64,000 bases of DNA from NCBI RefSeq assembly GCF_964355755.1, contig NC_092673.1:28827648-28891647 (forward strand), in the 5' to 3' direction. The translations under genes were made by a program, and so were the position numbers. The notes below the pieces were generated by a model, which saw only the letters and a program-made list of their open reading frames with translations, was not told the DNA's origin and did no database searches. This DNA comes from Antedon mediterranea. Its lineage: Eukaryota; Animalia; Echinodermata. This document shows positions 1 through 13,500 of the stretch, piece after piece (the first letter of the stretch is position 1; every line of letters begins with the position of its first letter).

Positions 1-3000
1 AGAAAATGTACAAAGTGATAAAGCTACTATTAGCAGAGCATTATCACAAAATAAAGAATTAAAAACACAATTACAAGAACTTCAAAATGCATTTGTGAAA
101 ATGGTAAGTATATAGCACATATAACACATAGAAGTAGATGATGTGCAAATTGATGGGAAATATACAATATCTTACCAAAACAAATAGCTTGGTGGTTTAG
201 ATGCTTGGCTACCATGGTCCCGGGGTTCAAATCCTGTCAGATGCCAGGATTGTTTGTCATGACAGAACAACTCCACTCCCAAACACTTGTTTGTCCAGAG
301 CATCTTGTGTATATGTCGTAATTATTTAAGGGGGATACCACTTTATTAACTACTAGCCTTAAAGGCTATATGACTATCTGGCCTCCCCAGTGGACTTTAC
401 CAAACAGTCATAAAATAATTACAATTTTTTATTTAACATTTATTTTGTCTCTACAGAGCAATGATAACATGGAGTTGACAACCAAAGTACAGACAGAAGA
501 ACACGTAAATAATGAACTTTCTAATAAAATTGCTGATTATGAAGATGATATAAGTAGTATTAAAAACCAGGTAAGAAAATCACTTCATATTTGGTGTGGG
601 CTTACACCTTAACTGGGCTTACAATCGAATTCTTAAACGTGTACAGCAAACAAAATAGAATAGATTAACTGATTTTGGATGGGTTGTTGATTTTCAGTTA
701 CGCATAAAAGAAAGTGAAACCGACCGACTGAAGACACAAACATTTGAACTTAATAAACAACTAATGCACCAATCACAGATACAAGATAGGATACACCACT
801 ATGAAGCCCATGGGCCTATGAAAGACAAACTGGAAACAGAATTAGCAGACACACAGGTAAATGCAGTTGAACAGTTTAGTTTAGCAAAAATGACACATAG
901 CTTGTTTCCCACCATGCTTTATGTAAAGATAGAGGCAAAGTTTAGCCTGAGGTTAAACAGGAGTTAAACTAGCATATGGGAACAATGAATTAGCTAATAC
1001 AGTTTAAAATGACATTTTGACACAATAGCTTGTTTCCCGCCATGTTTTATGTGAAGATAGAGGCAAAGTTTAGCCTGAGGTTAAACAGGAGTTAAACTAG
1101 CATATGGAAACAATGAATTAGCTAATAGAGTTTAAAATGACATTTTGACACAATAGCTTGTTTCCCACCATGTTTTATGTGAAGATAGAGGCAAAGTTTA
1201 GCCTGAGGTTAAACAGGAGTTAAACTAGCATATGGAAACAATGAATTAGCTAATAAAGTTTAAAATGACATTTTGACACAATAGCTTGTTTCCCACCATG
1301 TTTTATGTGATTTATTTAAGTATGCATGGGCTGAGATTAAAAGGATATAAATAAACTACCATATGTGAATGCAGTTTTAAGTTGAACAACCATAAACAAT
1401 TGTTGACTCCAAATTAAAATAAAATAAAACTCTAAAATGAATATGTTTCATAATGTTATATTTAAAGGAAAAGTTATCAAAGCTTTTAGTAGAAAATGAT
1501 AACTTGATAGCCCAGTTAGCGGCTGTATCGTCATCATCAGTAGGAAACCAATCACATGACCATGATCACGACCACCCTGATTCTACCTGCAATGATAGTT
1601 TCTCAAGAGACGAGATGGTAAGTTTTCTGAAATAATCTTTTAACTATAGTAGTTGACTCTCTCAAACCTACAAACTGTCCTAAACCCAGACTTTTCTTTA
1701 GGTCCAAAAGGTCTTAAATTCTTTTTTACCTTTAAAAACACATTTAGAATACTAGAAATTCTGGAAAACCAGACGAATTAGGCCAGCCCATGAGTGCCTG
1801 GTATTGGAAGAGATGATTTTATGGCATTTTGAATTCTGTTTCAAAATCTGGGTTATTAAATTTAACGAGTCAAAAGATATAATATTAAAATCATAGGAAA
1901 TACAGGTCACTACTTGTTTCTAACACTATTGCTTAAAAAGGAACTACATTTCAACATTTGCTGAGTTATAGGGAAATCAGTCATTGATTCTAAGTGGGCA
2001 ACTTTCTTGTAGGTTAATACTCTATCAACTGCCCTGAGGCAGCTTGAGATGGAGCGTGATCAGTTATCAAAATCATTTAATGACCAGAGAGAGCAACATC
2101 ACATACTACTGCAACAAATGGAGGATATCCAAAGTCAACATTCACAAGGTATAGTCAATATTGTTTAGTATGCAAATTATTTTGACAACTAGGAATAAAA
2201 ATACAGTAGTACTCCTATTAAAGGGACACCTTAAGGACCTGATACCTGATTTTAGTTGTAGTCAGTGATAGTAAGACTGTCTTGAGAGCAATAGAGCGTG
2301 ACAAACATTGTACATGCTTACAAACCAATGAGTGCTGTGGTAGCTCCCACAACCAAGTCAAATTTAGAAATAATAAAATCTTTATTTTATAACGGAAGTT
2401 TATGCACTTTCATGAGACGATATGAAATAAATACTAGATTGCCAACTGACTGACAAGATAAAACTTGTAATAAGACTTTGTTTATGTAGAGCATCTTGTT
2501 TATATGTTTGTCTTGTGAAGGGGATTGGCACCTTTAAGAAGAACAGTGAATGAATTGACTTATGGTTATCCTTGGCAATTTTCCTAAATATGTTAAAAAA
2601 CAAATAAGATAATACATGATTTCATGAAACCTATGTTGATTGGTTGTAATATTCTTGTTGCTTGTGTTTGCAAACATATGCTCCATACCTAAAAAATGTA
2701 TTGTAGATAGAGAAGTAGCCTATATATTTAAGCTTAGAATTTGCGAATTTTCTTTTTCTGTTTGTACGTTTGTTGTTATGGATGAAATTTTCTAAATAAA
2801 AGAAATTGAAATTGAATACAACATTTTATATTTGTTCATAAATAGCGCCAGCAATGACACCAGAAGGGACATTTGTGACAAATGAAGATTTTGAAACTAT
2901 GTCACACGCCATGGACCTGCTTCAGAAAAAGTTCCTACAAGTGATGGCACAGAAGGCTGATATGGATGACCTGTGTCAGGAACTGGAGCATAAGAACATG

Positions 3001-5199
3001 CAGTTACAGTCAGAGACTGAGACAATAGGTAACAAAAGCTTAAATATGTATTACCCTCCAAAAAACAGGAAAAATGAAGATTAATAAAATCGGACTTTAT
3101 AATAGGCCATTTTGCAGTTTTAATTAAGTTATTCACTTCTGTAAAAAAAACACATTTCATTTGTAAAATGTTAATTTTAACCAAAAGCCATTGTCTGTGT
3201 ATATATGCACAGTGGCGTAACACAGAGGTCTGAGGCCCCTGGTTTAGGAACCCTAAGTGGACCTCCACCTCAGGCATTTTTAGCCTTTTTCGACATATTT
3301 TAATGCCTGTTTTTTCCTCTGGACACTGCTCAGGACCCCCATAAGCTCCGAGGCCCTTTGGTTTAGCCAGTGAGCGCTCAGAGCCGTTACACCACTGTAT
3401 ATGCATTTATAATAAGAGAAATATAGTGTGTGTTTTATAACTTAACTTTCAGGAGAGTATATCTCATTGTATCATAGTCAGAGACAAGTAATGAAGAAAC
3501 GTCAAGACGACAGGGAACGTTATGTAATATCTCTAGCAAAAGAAAAAGAAGTAATGCAGGTAAGAGACAATCATGCAGGTTTTGTCTTTTAATAATCACA
3601 GGTTTGCTACGAATTACATTTCTCAACAGGTGTGTGGTATTGGGTTGCTTTTTGTATAGAAGTTTACCAAATTTAAGCAGGCTGTAAATAGAACACCTCA
3701 AGGGCATTTTACTTGAGTGTTAAGCTCTGTCTACACTATCAAACTAGTTTGACAAAAAAGGTGTGATGTGCCTAAATATGGTAGTGATATGACATCATCA
3801 TGTCCATATATGGGCACATCACATTTTTTTGTTCACATAAATTTTGATAGACAGAGCTTAAGTGTGTGATTGCACTAGCTTGTTGTATTCAATTAGGTAG
3901 AAGGTGTTTAATATCTGTAATTTGAAATCTTAACATTCAATTTCTTTTCACAGATGAAGTTAGCACAGTTGCAGAATCTTGTGATGCAGTTATTGGGTGA
4001 GAAGTCTGAGCTGCCAGCCCACCTGCACCATTCAGCTGACCTAATCACAGAGGATATGGTGACATCAGTGCTACCAAACGCTGCTACTACCTCAATGAAT
4101 GGACCAACACACAAAGTGAAGAAAAACAAAAGCCTTGGAGGTAGTTTAGACAGTACAACATTAGATGGTGAGAGGTTTACTAACAACTCTAAACTAACTA
4201 ATAGTTTTAAATGTATTTTATAACCTTTCTTGCCAAAGAAAGAAAATTTCCTAAAATATTAAATTGTTGACAAATATGTGTCTACAGTATGTCATACTAC
4301 ATCAACATAGTTGATAATTACTTACTGCAGTAGCTTTGCGTCAGGGTGCTTAGTATTAGAGGTTTGCCCTACTTTGACATAAATTGTACTTGATAATAAA
4401 GTATATTTGCAAGCAATTCTCAGGTGGGACTCGAACCGATGCCCTTCAGATCACTAGACAGGCACTAGACCACTTGCGCTGATGGCTAGGGTTTGATTCG
4501 AGCCAAAGGAAGGTAGCAGGTTGGGTCATAGTTGTGTAACTACCGCGAGGTAGCTATGTACAGTTGTTCTGATGTAAGAGTGATTTGTCTTTTTCTCACG
4601 ATTGTAATGTGATTCAGGGATGTAGCCACCATGTGACAGACGAGGTGCTTGCCTCATCTGAAATTGTACATTTTCACAACCCACCGCCAATCCTCCCGCA
4701 CAACTCATACTATTATAATAATTTTTTATTGCAGAATCTGTTTTTTTTTAAAGTGTTTTACCGCTGTGTTGGTCCTATTTTTGTTTTGTTTTTGAAAAAT
4801 ATTAATTTAAAAACATATCTTTTCCTCGTCTATCATTAACCAATCGCTACGGCCCTGTGATTGCTATTAATTCATACACAGTTTCTGATAGTTGACATGT
4901 AACACACACATCTGTAACATGAATGTTTTACTTGACTTGCAGACTACAGCGATGATTGGTCCTCAAGTGACACCGAAAGTGTAGAGGAAGCAATGGAAGA
5001 CAGACTACCAGAGATCTCACCCATTCACATGCCAGAGGCGCCGCACCAGAACCACATCCCTCAACGAGAGAAGACAGCGCAGCAGATAATGAACCTTCTA
5101 GAAGAGATCAGTGGTCCCAACATCATAGACAGAGGCACTATTTTAGACCATAGCTTTCTACCTTGTAAATGCTGTGAAGGAAGAATAATTGATGTATAA
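1..5199 (+). CDS. GOLGA2: Golgin subfamily A member 2 (GM130), 3' part; 5' end lies outside the window
   Basis: Phase-consistent GT-AG exons: <1-103, 457-570, 698-856, 1468-1617, 2013-2148, 2846-3028, 3453-3559, 3954-4167, 4943-5199. Peptides [56 protein letters not shown] and [12 protein letters not shown] match conserved GM130 coiled-coil and C-terminal motifs. Stop TAA at 5197-5199. Confidence 0.92.
183..400 (+). mobile_element. tRNA-derived SINE fragment
   Basis: A box TAGCTTGGTGG (about 185) and B box GGTTCAAATCC (about 224). Head resembles the SINE copies at 16076, 26103 and 47491. Confidence 0.6.
895..1310. repeat. 128-bp tandem repeat, about 3.2 copies (GOLGA2 intron)
   Basis: CTTGTTTCCC recurs at 901, 1029, 1157 and 1285 with near-identical intervening sequence. 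Confidence 0.95.
3210..3397. mobile_element. hAT-type MITE
   Basis: TIR CAGTGGCGTAAC...GTTACACCACTG with a perfect 8-bp TSD TATATGCA on both sides. Confidence 0.85.
3722..3860. mobile_element. Representative of an abundant PIF/Harbinger-type MITE family (TIR AGCTCTGTCTACACTATCAAAC), about 20 copies in the window
   Basis: Palindromic 130-200 bp elements flanked by TAA/TTA. Other copies or fragments at about 5306-5447, 10120-10252, 12498-12700, 13716-13845, 26703-26843, 27078-27225, 27602-27746, 28230-28400, 29795-29935, 30958-31125, 32504-32638, 33843-33972, 45169-45352, 48040-48133, 51786-52360, 52622-52680, 56505-56665, 59765-59900, 60145-60185, 62720-62870. Superfamily inferred from TIR pattern and TWA flanks. 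Confidence 0.85.
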
Positions 5200-7209
5200 T
5201 GCTAGCCTACAAAATACTACCCCTTTCAAATTACCGAGCAAAACTCTGGAGTTTCGACACACCTGGCTGCACACCTTACAAAATACAGGTGATGTGAAGG
5301 AGTCTAAAGCTCTGTCTACACTATCAAACTTTATGTGACAAAAAATGTGATGTGCCCATATATGGACATGATGATGTCATATCACTACCACATTTGGGCA
5401 CATCACACTTTTTTTGTCAAACTAGTTTAATAGTGTAGACAGAGTTTTACAATACACAGGTGTTGACGCCCCAGTGTGTGTAAACTCTCTTTGCTAGGCA
5501 ATGTGAAAAGGGTGTAAGGCTGATATCTCTCCATTTGTGTATGGAAACTAAGAACACTGTTTTAAAGTACAACTCATCATTGCTTTTGGATTTGCTATAG
5601 TGTCTTACTAATACTAATGTCTTTCTGGGTTCAGTGGGCAAGTTAAGTCCTGGTTGTCCCTCCATACCTATTGATAATTAAACAGATTTTAAGATAATGA
5701 TTTGATTGTAATCATGATGAAGATACAAATTAATTTCTATGATAATATATAGATAATTTTATATGTACTTACTATGGTCATGGATTAAATCCATGTAATG
5801 ATATACCTTACTGGGAAAATGATGTTATTTTCTCAAAAAACTGTTTTGGTTATTTTTTGTGGTATAAAATGAATACTGTTGTTTCTTCCTTTTATGGGTA
5901 AATGGCAACCAAGTACATATTATGAATTTAGTTAATTAATTATGATACACATAACATATTGGTGATTTCCTTGATAAAAGTGTTAATTTCATGTTTTGTA
6001 CAAATTTGTCAAAATTCTTTGTTTTTCGGGCATCTAAATATTTAATTGGAAATGCACAATCACCAATAAAAAAATTAAAAAAATAAATAAATATATAATT
6101 ATATTTTTGTTAAATTTAGTAATATAAATTATGATTTGTTAAACTTCCATTATTTATATATTTATTATTTTACTGCACTTAATTATTATGCAAAATTTAA
6201 ACAGCCTTGTGTGTGCATAACTTAATGTTATATGTTTGCATTATTCTACCAGGGTTACCCAATCATATGATAATAACTATATTACTGTATTATAAGTAAA
6301 TTAAAACAGCGAGATGGGTTGAACAGTAACTAATGTATGACACATAAAATAAATGCATATATTAAATAATAAACACATAATACATTCAAACATGCATTGA
6401 AATCATACTGATCACTTGTTGAAGTGAACGGAGGAATGTGAAATAATCATTTTTTTCATATTATTATATATTCCCAGTCTTAAATATTAATTATTTGTTA
6501 TATAAATTATTTTTATTGCTATTATTATTCACCCGATATTCTGTACTGTATCTTCATATATAGTATCATAGGCAAACTCTGTAGTACAGTATCACATATG
6601 TATCACATGTGATGAATGTATTACCCTACGATACAGGAATCAGCTATATTATTTGTATTTAGGCCCCTATCGATTTTGAAACAATTATCAATCATCTAAA
6701 CTCACCTCTTGGGTAAAGGAGTCTGTAAATAATGGTTCTATTTTAATTTACTTTTGATGAAAATAAGTTGTATTTTATTATATAATAAAGAGTTTATTTT
6801 AAAGCAAAATGATACTGAGAACAGGATATATACTGGCTGTACTGTAGATAAATTTGCATAATTAACTTGTTTCATTTTTCTTTCTTTTTGAGGGAATAAA
6901 CATAAGCATGGAACTTTAAAACTGTTAAGACTTGTTTTTTTATTTTTTTATTTTTGCTCCTAATGTCACAATTACATATTTCTTATGCTAATTGTTTTAG
7001 TGTGACCTCTATTTTGTTTTATAATTCTAAAATAAAGTGGATTAAATTATATATCTTAATTTAAGCATGGAATAGAAAATTATACAGTATATTCAAGTTT
7101 TTATGGGTGCTGGTAGCAAATGGATTTCACAGTAAAGTAGTTTTCTTGTATAAATTAGCACGCCCTCTCAAGTTTGATTATGAAAGAGAAAAAAGTCACG
7201 AGAGAAAAG

Positions 7210-8115
7210 ATGGCTGCACAAACCCAAGGAATCCAGCAACTTTTACAGGCTGAAAAAAGAGCCGCCGAGAAGGTTTCAGAGGCAAAAAAACGTATGTTAT
7301 GACACAAATGTTATCTAAAAGAAATATCAAAACTATTAGTAGTTTTTTAGATGTATTTATATGTAAACAGATAAGGTTTGCTACCGGCCGGTTTCTGGAC
7401 CTGATCCCGGCAGACTGCGAGGCTGTGAAATCATCATTTTGGACTTGGTTTTTATAGGCTAGGCCACGTCCTTCCCAGGCCTACGCCTAGTTTGAATCCT
7501 CTTAACTTTTCTACCGTTTTATTTGATAGGTAAGGCACGGAGATTAAAACAAGCAAAAGAAGAGGCTCATGCAGAGATAGAAAGCTATAGAAAAGAAAGA
7601 GATACACAGTTTGCAGCTATACAACAAAAGGTAGGAGCGGTTTATTTACAACAATATAATAATAATAATATTATTATCGGTCACATTTTAAATTTCAACT
7701 TCTGGTCTGGTACTGTATATGGAGTCCCGCTAGCTAAATAATGTATTTGAACACAGATGTGCTATACATGAGTATAAACAATGTGATCAAAAGTGTATTA
7801 ATCAAGCTTGGACTACTCCATACAAAATACTGAAAATTGGTTTTATTGCGACCGATCTCAAATGTGATTTCATCATTATTCGTGTGTATGTTCTTGGGGT
7901 AGTAAATGTGTGAATAAATAATTTAATATAATATTTTGTTCTTGCAGTACATGGGCTCAAAAGGAAGTCAAGCAGATGAAATTGATAAACAGACTGAAAG
8001 CAAAATCTTGGAGTTGAATCAACGTGTACATGATAACAGGGATGTTGTATTAGAGCAATTGTTTAACATGGTCTTTGAAATTAAACCATCTCTGCATCAA
8101 AACGTCAAACTCTAA
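7210..8115 (+). CDS. ATP6V1G: V-type proton ATPase subunit G (116 aa, 3 exons)
   Basis: Exons 7210-7291, 7530-7630, 7948-8115 (351 nt). [40 protein letters not shown] is the characteristic subunit G N-terminus. AATAAA at 8502. Confidence 0.96.
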
Positions 8116-9063
8116 TAAATGTTAATATATTATAATTAATGTACTAAAATAGGTGTATCATGGTTATTAATGTTTAAGATCCAGTTAGGATCGAGTTTAC
8201 TGTGTGTTCAGAAAAAGTTGATAATGATCTCCCTGACTGGCTCCATTAATATTTTGTATTGAAATATTATTATATGGAGAAAGAAATTCAACCATTGTTG
8301 CAACTTTACTCATAAAATGGTACTAAAAATGACCAGTATTAAATGAAGTAGTAACCATGATGTGGTATAAAATGTTCAAATCAGAAAAGCGACACATTAA
8401 TAACAATTATGTATTTATTATGTTTTAGTATCCATCTACACTGTGTAAATAGTGTTCCATTCCATGACCTTTTAGTCACAAATATTATTTAGTGACATGT
8501 CAATAAAATAATTTGGTATTAAATTATTAAAACATCAGTTTCTATGCAAAGTGGTTAAAACAAGTGATCATGATGTATCCACATATTGTCTTTGTAACAC
8601 GGGCATTCCATGTTACATTTTCCACAAAAAAAAAATTAAATTAAACCTTTATGTGTACTATAGTAGGGAATTACATATATATATATATAATGATTATTAT
8701 AATATTGTTGGGTTAGAATGTATGTTGGTAAACACGGCAACATTTAAATATAGTTGTTGCCCCATTTGTGATGGTCAAGATTTAGAATAAAGTATAATAC
8801 AAACTGCTTTTTTGTAATATTATTTTGTTGTATTGAAAAATTTTGTAAGATTAATCAATTATTTACTTACCAAAAAATGCAAACCGTGAATAAAATTAAA
8901 TTGTGTCAAAAAAAACCCACACTTTTATACGCACAAAACTGACATAAAATTCAAAGCCAGTTTTCTAAAAACACACCAAGTGGATTTTAATTAACTTTGC
9001 AACCAGTCATCGTATCAAAAATTATTGTTGCATATTAATTATAATTTTCTTAGTTTCATATAT

Positions 9064-9144
9064 GTTCTAGATGGCGATTCAGATTATTTGAACTAACATG
9101 ATTTGATCATGCAAGTTCAAATAATCTGAATCGCCATCTAGAAC
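9064..9144. repeat. Perfect 31-bp inverted repeat (hairpin)
   Basis: GTTCTAGATGGCGATTCAGATTATTTGAACT (9064-9094) and its exact reverse complement (9114-9144), with an inner CATGAT-TTG-ATCATG stem. Confidence 0.9.
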
Positions 9145-9153
9145 CTGGACTAA

Positions 9154-9283
9154 AGGGTCTTTCACACGGCACAGACAATGTTTCGTTTTCACATATCGTG
9201 TGGAGTGTTGTGAAAACGAAACATTTACGTTCGTTTTGATTTGCTGGCACCGGAACCGTGCCAGAACAGGTGTGAAAGACCCT
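9154..9283. mobile_element. Harbinger-type MITE (second family)
   Basis: TIR AGGGTCTTTCACAC...GTGTGAAAGACCCT with TAA on both flanks. Confidence 0.75.
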
Positions 9284-10003
9284 TAATATAGCACTACATT
9301 GTCAAATAATTTTCTTTCTGCAACAACATATTGAAAATGAAACACTTGGCTATTGTAGAAGTCTTTATTTGTAACATTAATGTACAAAGTCCTGTACACA
9401 GAATATAAGATAGCTAATCAAATAGTATTCAGCTTTAATCCTATTTTCTTTTACTACTATTTATTTATTATCTGTGAAGCACCATGATCTAATAACCCAC
9501 AGAGACAATTTAATTTTAACATCAATAGTTTTCATAAATTTTGACACAAATTTAGAAAATAAAAAACCCCTTTATATTAATAATCATGTATATCAACAAT
9601 GTTTTACGAGGGTGGTCCATCCAGCCGAAGCTGATCATAAGGGACCCTGAAAAAACCTACAACACAACTATTTCATTCAAATTTTATATATAAATTTGTG
9701 TTTTGTTTCGATATAACTTCTTTTTGACATTCTTCTGACCATGAAGGACTAATAATTCTTCCTCCATGTTCTGATCAAATTATAACAATGTCCAATAATG
9801 TTTATAAACTATTACAATTATTGCATTATAATTATATATATATATATGTATGATATATCCAACAAATAAATCAATATGATAATATTAAAACAAGCACAAA
9901 TAGTCATCTCTCATAAATTATAAAGTTAATTACATTAGTGAAGTTTAGTTGCTAACATGCTAGCCTTCCAAGGTCCAGACTGTTTCTACTCTCCACTCCC
10001 TAA

Positions 10004-10117
10004 AGGCCAATTTACACAGACGAGCGGTAACGGTAATAAAAATATAGAATCTATGTTATTCCTTATGTCTGTTTACACACATTTTCAGCTTACCGTTATT
10101 GTCTGTGTAATTGGCCT
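10004..10117. mobile_element. Harbinger-type MITE (third family), abutting the copy at 10120
   Basis: TIR AGGCCAATTTACACAGAC...GTCTGTGTAATTGGCCT with TAA/TTA flanks. Confidence 0.7.
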
Positions 10118-10590
10118 TTAAGCTCTGTCTAAACTATCAAAATGTGATGTGCCCATATATGGACATGATGATGTCATATCACTAGCATATTTAATCATAT
10201 CACTACCATATTTTGGCACATCAAACTAGTTTGATAGTGTAAACAGAGCTTAAGCCTTAATTGAGACCTAATTTATAAACATGATATAACATTCTGCAAA
10301 TTGGAGAGTTGTTTTAAAAATATAAACATTTCTGAATACACTATTTTTGAATGTGAAATGCATGGCAATGACTGGATTGAATAACCATCGTAAAAAACAA
10401 TTTGTACAATTCATTTGGGAAGCATTTCTACTCCTCTCGGCCATATTCACCTTATATTGAGCAATAACTCACCTAAACTCTCTAACTCACAACATAAAAT
10501 AAGTACAGATGAGTAAACTATCACATGACCTTGCAATAACTGTTCTGACCCAAAAATTAACATCCACTGTTCCAGGTAATGAATGTTAAT

Positions 10591-13500
10591 CTATCGTGGC
10601 CTCGTTGGAACTGCTGGGACACCTTTATTATCAGGGCGTCTGAAATGAACATGAAATAAAATAAATACAATATTATTATTAAAATTGTTATTATGTTCTT
10701 CAAGAGAAGAAATTTAAGTTAATAGTTTTAGTTAGGATCGTGTACAGTTAGATTAAGACACAACTTTGCGCTGATTTTACTAGCCGCATTGTGGAAGTAT
10801 GTTTTCGTACATGTTTGATCCAAAAAATGACCGGGGTAATAATGTGCAGCGCATTGAGAGCTTGCTTATATGCGCTATATAAGAATGAACTATTATTATA
10901 TTATTATTACAGTAATGTAAGTGTTTGCCTACCTTGGTACTCCTGGGGCTGGTCTGTTTGGTAAATCTGGTCTAGCTGGAACACTCCGTGGTGCAGCATG
11001 TGCAGTAGGCCTAGGGGGAGGTTTTCTACCTTGTGGAGGTCCAGTAGAAGCACTGGAAAAGAGTTAAAGAGTTTATACATTACGACAGGTCTTTTAATTT
11101 AAACTTACTCTAGTAGCTAGATCAACTTTCGTATATGCAGTTTGAGGTTCACTAAAAGTACTTTTTGTTTAATATGTAACTATAAACTATTGATAAAATC
11201 TACAATTTTATTAGTCGGCATTTGTTGGCAATAAGTCAATAAATAAACCTACAATTTATATATTTTGTGTCCTGATAAATTACACTTACCCGTTAGTAAA
11301 TGGTTTAATGAGATTATCGTTATCGACTCGAGGCGGCATTGGTGTCGCTTTAGTCTTCATGCTGATATCGCCAATAATCTTGAGGGCGTCCTTTGTGGCA
11401 TGGTACATCCGAATCATTTCTTCGCGACGATTGGCTTCATCTGCTGACTCCTCCATCAAGTCATTTTGATCAGCAGACGAATATAAGTAAGCTAGCAAGT
11501 CCGACTTAATAAATTCCTTTGTCTAGAAGATAAAATTGATTTTGTTTTTAAAAGAGGTACTATTTAACTAGCTATTGGTGAATGAATAATTAACTATTAG
11601 GGTGCATCAAGCACAATCTCTGTTGTGACACACTAATACCTTGTGGTACAGCCCTGGTACCTTGTGGTATAGCCCTGGTAGCTTGTGGTACAGCCCTGGT
11701 ACTTTGTAGTATAGCCCTGGTATCTTGTGGTACAGCCCTGGTACCTTGTGGTACAGCCCTGGTACATTGTGGTTTACCCCTAGTACCTTGTGGTACACCC
11801 CTGGTACATTGTGGTACAACCCTGGTACCTTGTGGTATAGCCTTGGTACATTGTGGTACAACCCTGGTACCTTGTCGTATAGCCTTGGTACCTTGTGATA
11901 CAGCCTTGGTACCTTGTGGTACAGCCCTGATACCTTGTGGTATAGCCCTGGTTCAGTACCAAATTTCACCCTGACTGGGAGCTTTCTGTTCAGTTTTCTG
12001 CCCTTATCCTCCATAGTGTACTTTAACCAAGAACTCATTTACAGCTGAGAGTTGTTCTATCGGGAAGTGAACCCGGGTCTTTCTGTACGATAGCCAAGTG
12101 TCGTAACCACTCAGATACCGCAACTCCTTCTACAAACCATTATAAAATAAATTGCTTACGTCTTTGATCATAAGACACATGATTGTCTTCGGTACAATAT
12201 CTCGGACCTGTTTACTGACAATTGCCGTGTACGAATCCACCAAGTTTCTGATAGTTTCAACTTGACGTTCCAGAACAGGATCGTTAGAATCTATATCATG
12301 TGCCTAAAAAAACAGTAAATACACTTGTAAAAGTCTTCTTCGAAAAAGATATTATAGTATAAATATCCCCATTGGATTTTTTATACTACAGTATGTTGAA
12401 TCCACCAAAATTGTGGTAAAGAATCATGTAAGGAAGCATATACATGTCCTTGCATGAGTATAATAATTTAAGATGATGTAACTAGCTCTTAGGTCTAAAG
12501 CTCTGTCTACACTATCAAACTAGTTTGACAAACAAATGTGATGTGCCCATATATGCCCATGATGATGTCATATCACTATCATATTTAGGCATATCACTAT
12601 CATATTTGAGCATTTCATTACCATATTTGGGCAAATCACTACCATATTTGAGCATATCACTACCATATTTGAGCACATCACACTTTTTTGTCAAACTTGT
12701 AACTTACAGGTATATGATCATCATCATCTTGGTTTCTCTCGGGGTAGACACCAGCTCGCAGGAAAGACGCCTTCCATCGATAACTAGCGTCCTCACTTTC
12801 ACATGATAATTCAAGCTGTTTGTAATCTTTGTATACATTTCTATGGAAACAAAGAATTAACAAAATGAATAGGATATACTGTAAGCTTCTAACAGCAAGT
12901 CTAGGTTATAATATTCTTTGAATAGTTTTAAACTATTACCACACACAAGTGTTCAGTATTTCTGTATACTATGTTCACAGTGTTCGAAGAGGTGGAGTTA
13001 ATATCCACTAACTTAACTTACCTGTGATCTGGATTGAAGAGAGCAAATGCATGTTTTTTGGACATGAAACCCTGTTCAACATCACGCAACATCAAACCTT
13101 CAAGAGGAAGATAAAATTTCTTCTCTTTCTCCTAAAATACACAATAAAATGATTCTTCATACTATACTCAATTGTTTAAATATGACATCATCAATTTCTA
13201 TGTTCTATGTTTTGAAAAAATACTGTGTGAATTATTCATCATCATTTTCAACATCTTTTGATGACATCATACTTTTCTGTGTTCTGTGTTACTATGCATT
13301 ATCATTTTTAACTTTCAGCAACTTTTGATGACATCATTATTTTTCTGTGCTTAGTGTTTAAACTGCTGTTTTCATCATCATTTCCAACGACTTTTGATGA
13401 CATCATATTTTTCTGTGTAACAAGAATTGATGACATACCTCTTCATCTTTAAACCACATGAAATTCTCAGCTGTCAACACAAACCAGTAGTCACGTGACC

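Noticed and set aside
2897-3406. 169-aa minus-strand ORF
   Set aside because: Overlaps a GOLGA2 exon antisense and a hAT MITE; no recognisable protein.
7190-7205. CLEAR/TFEB site upstream of ATP6V1G
   Set aside because: Only a half-site (GTCACGAG); insufficient evidence.
11607-12038. 143-aa ORF with PGLYHKV repeats
   Set aside because: Translation of a 21-bp intronic minisatellite.
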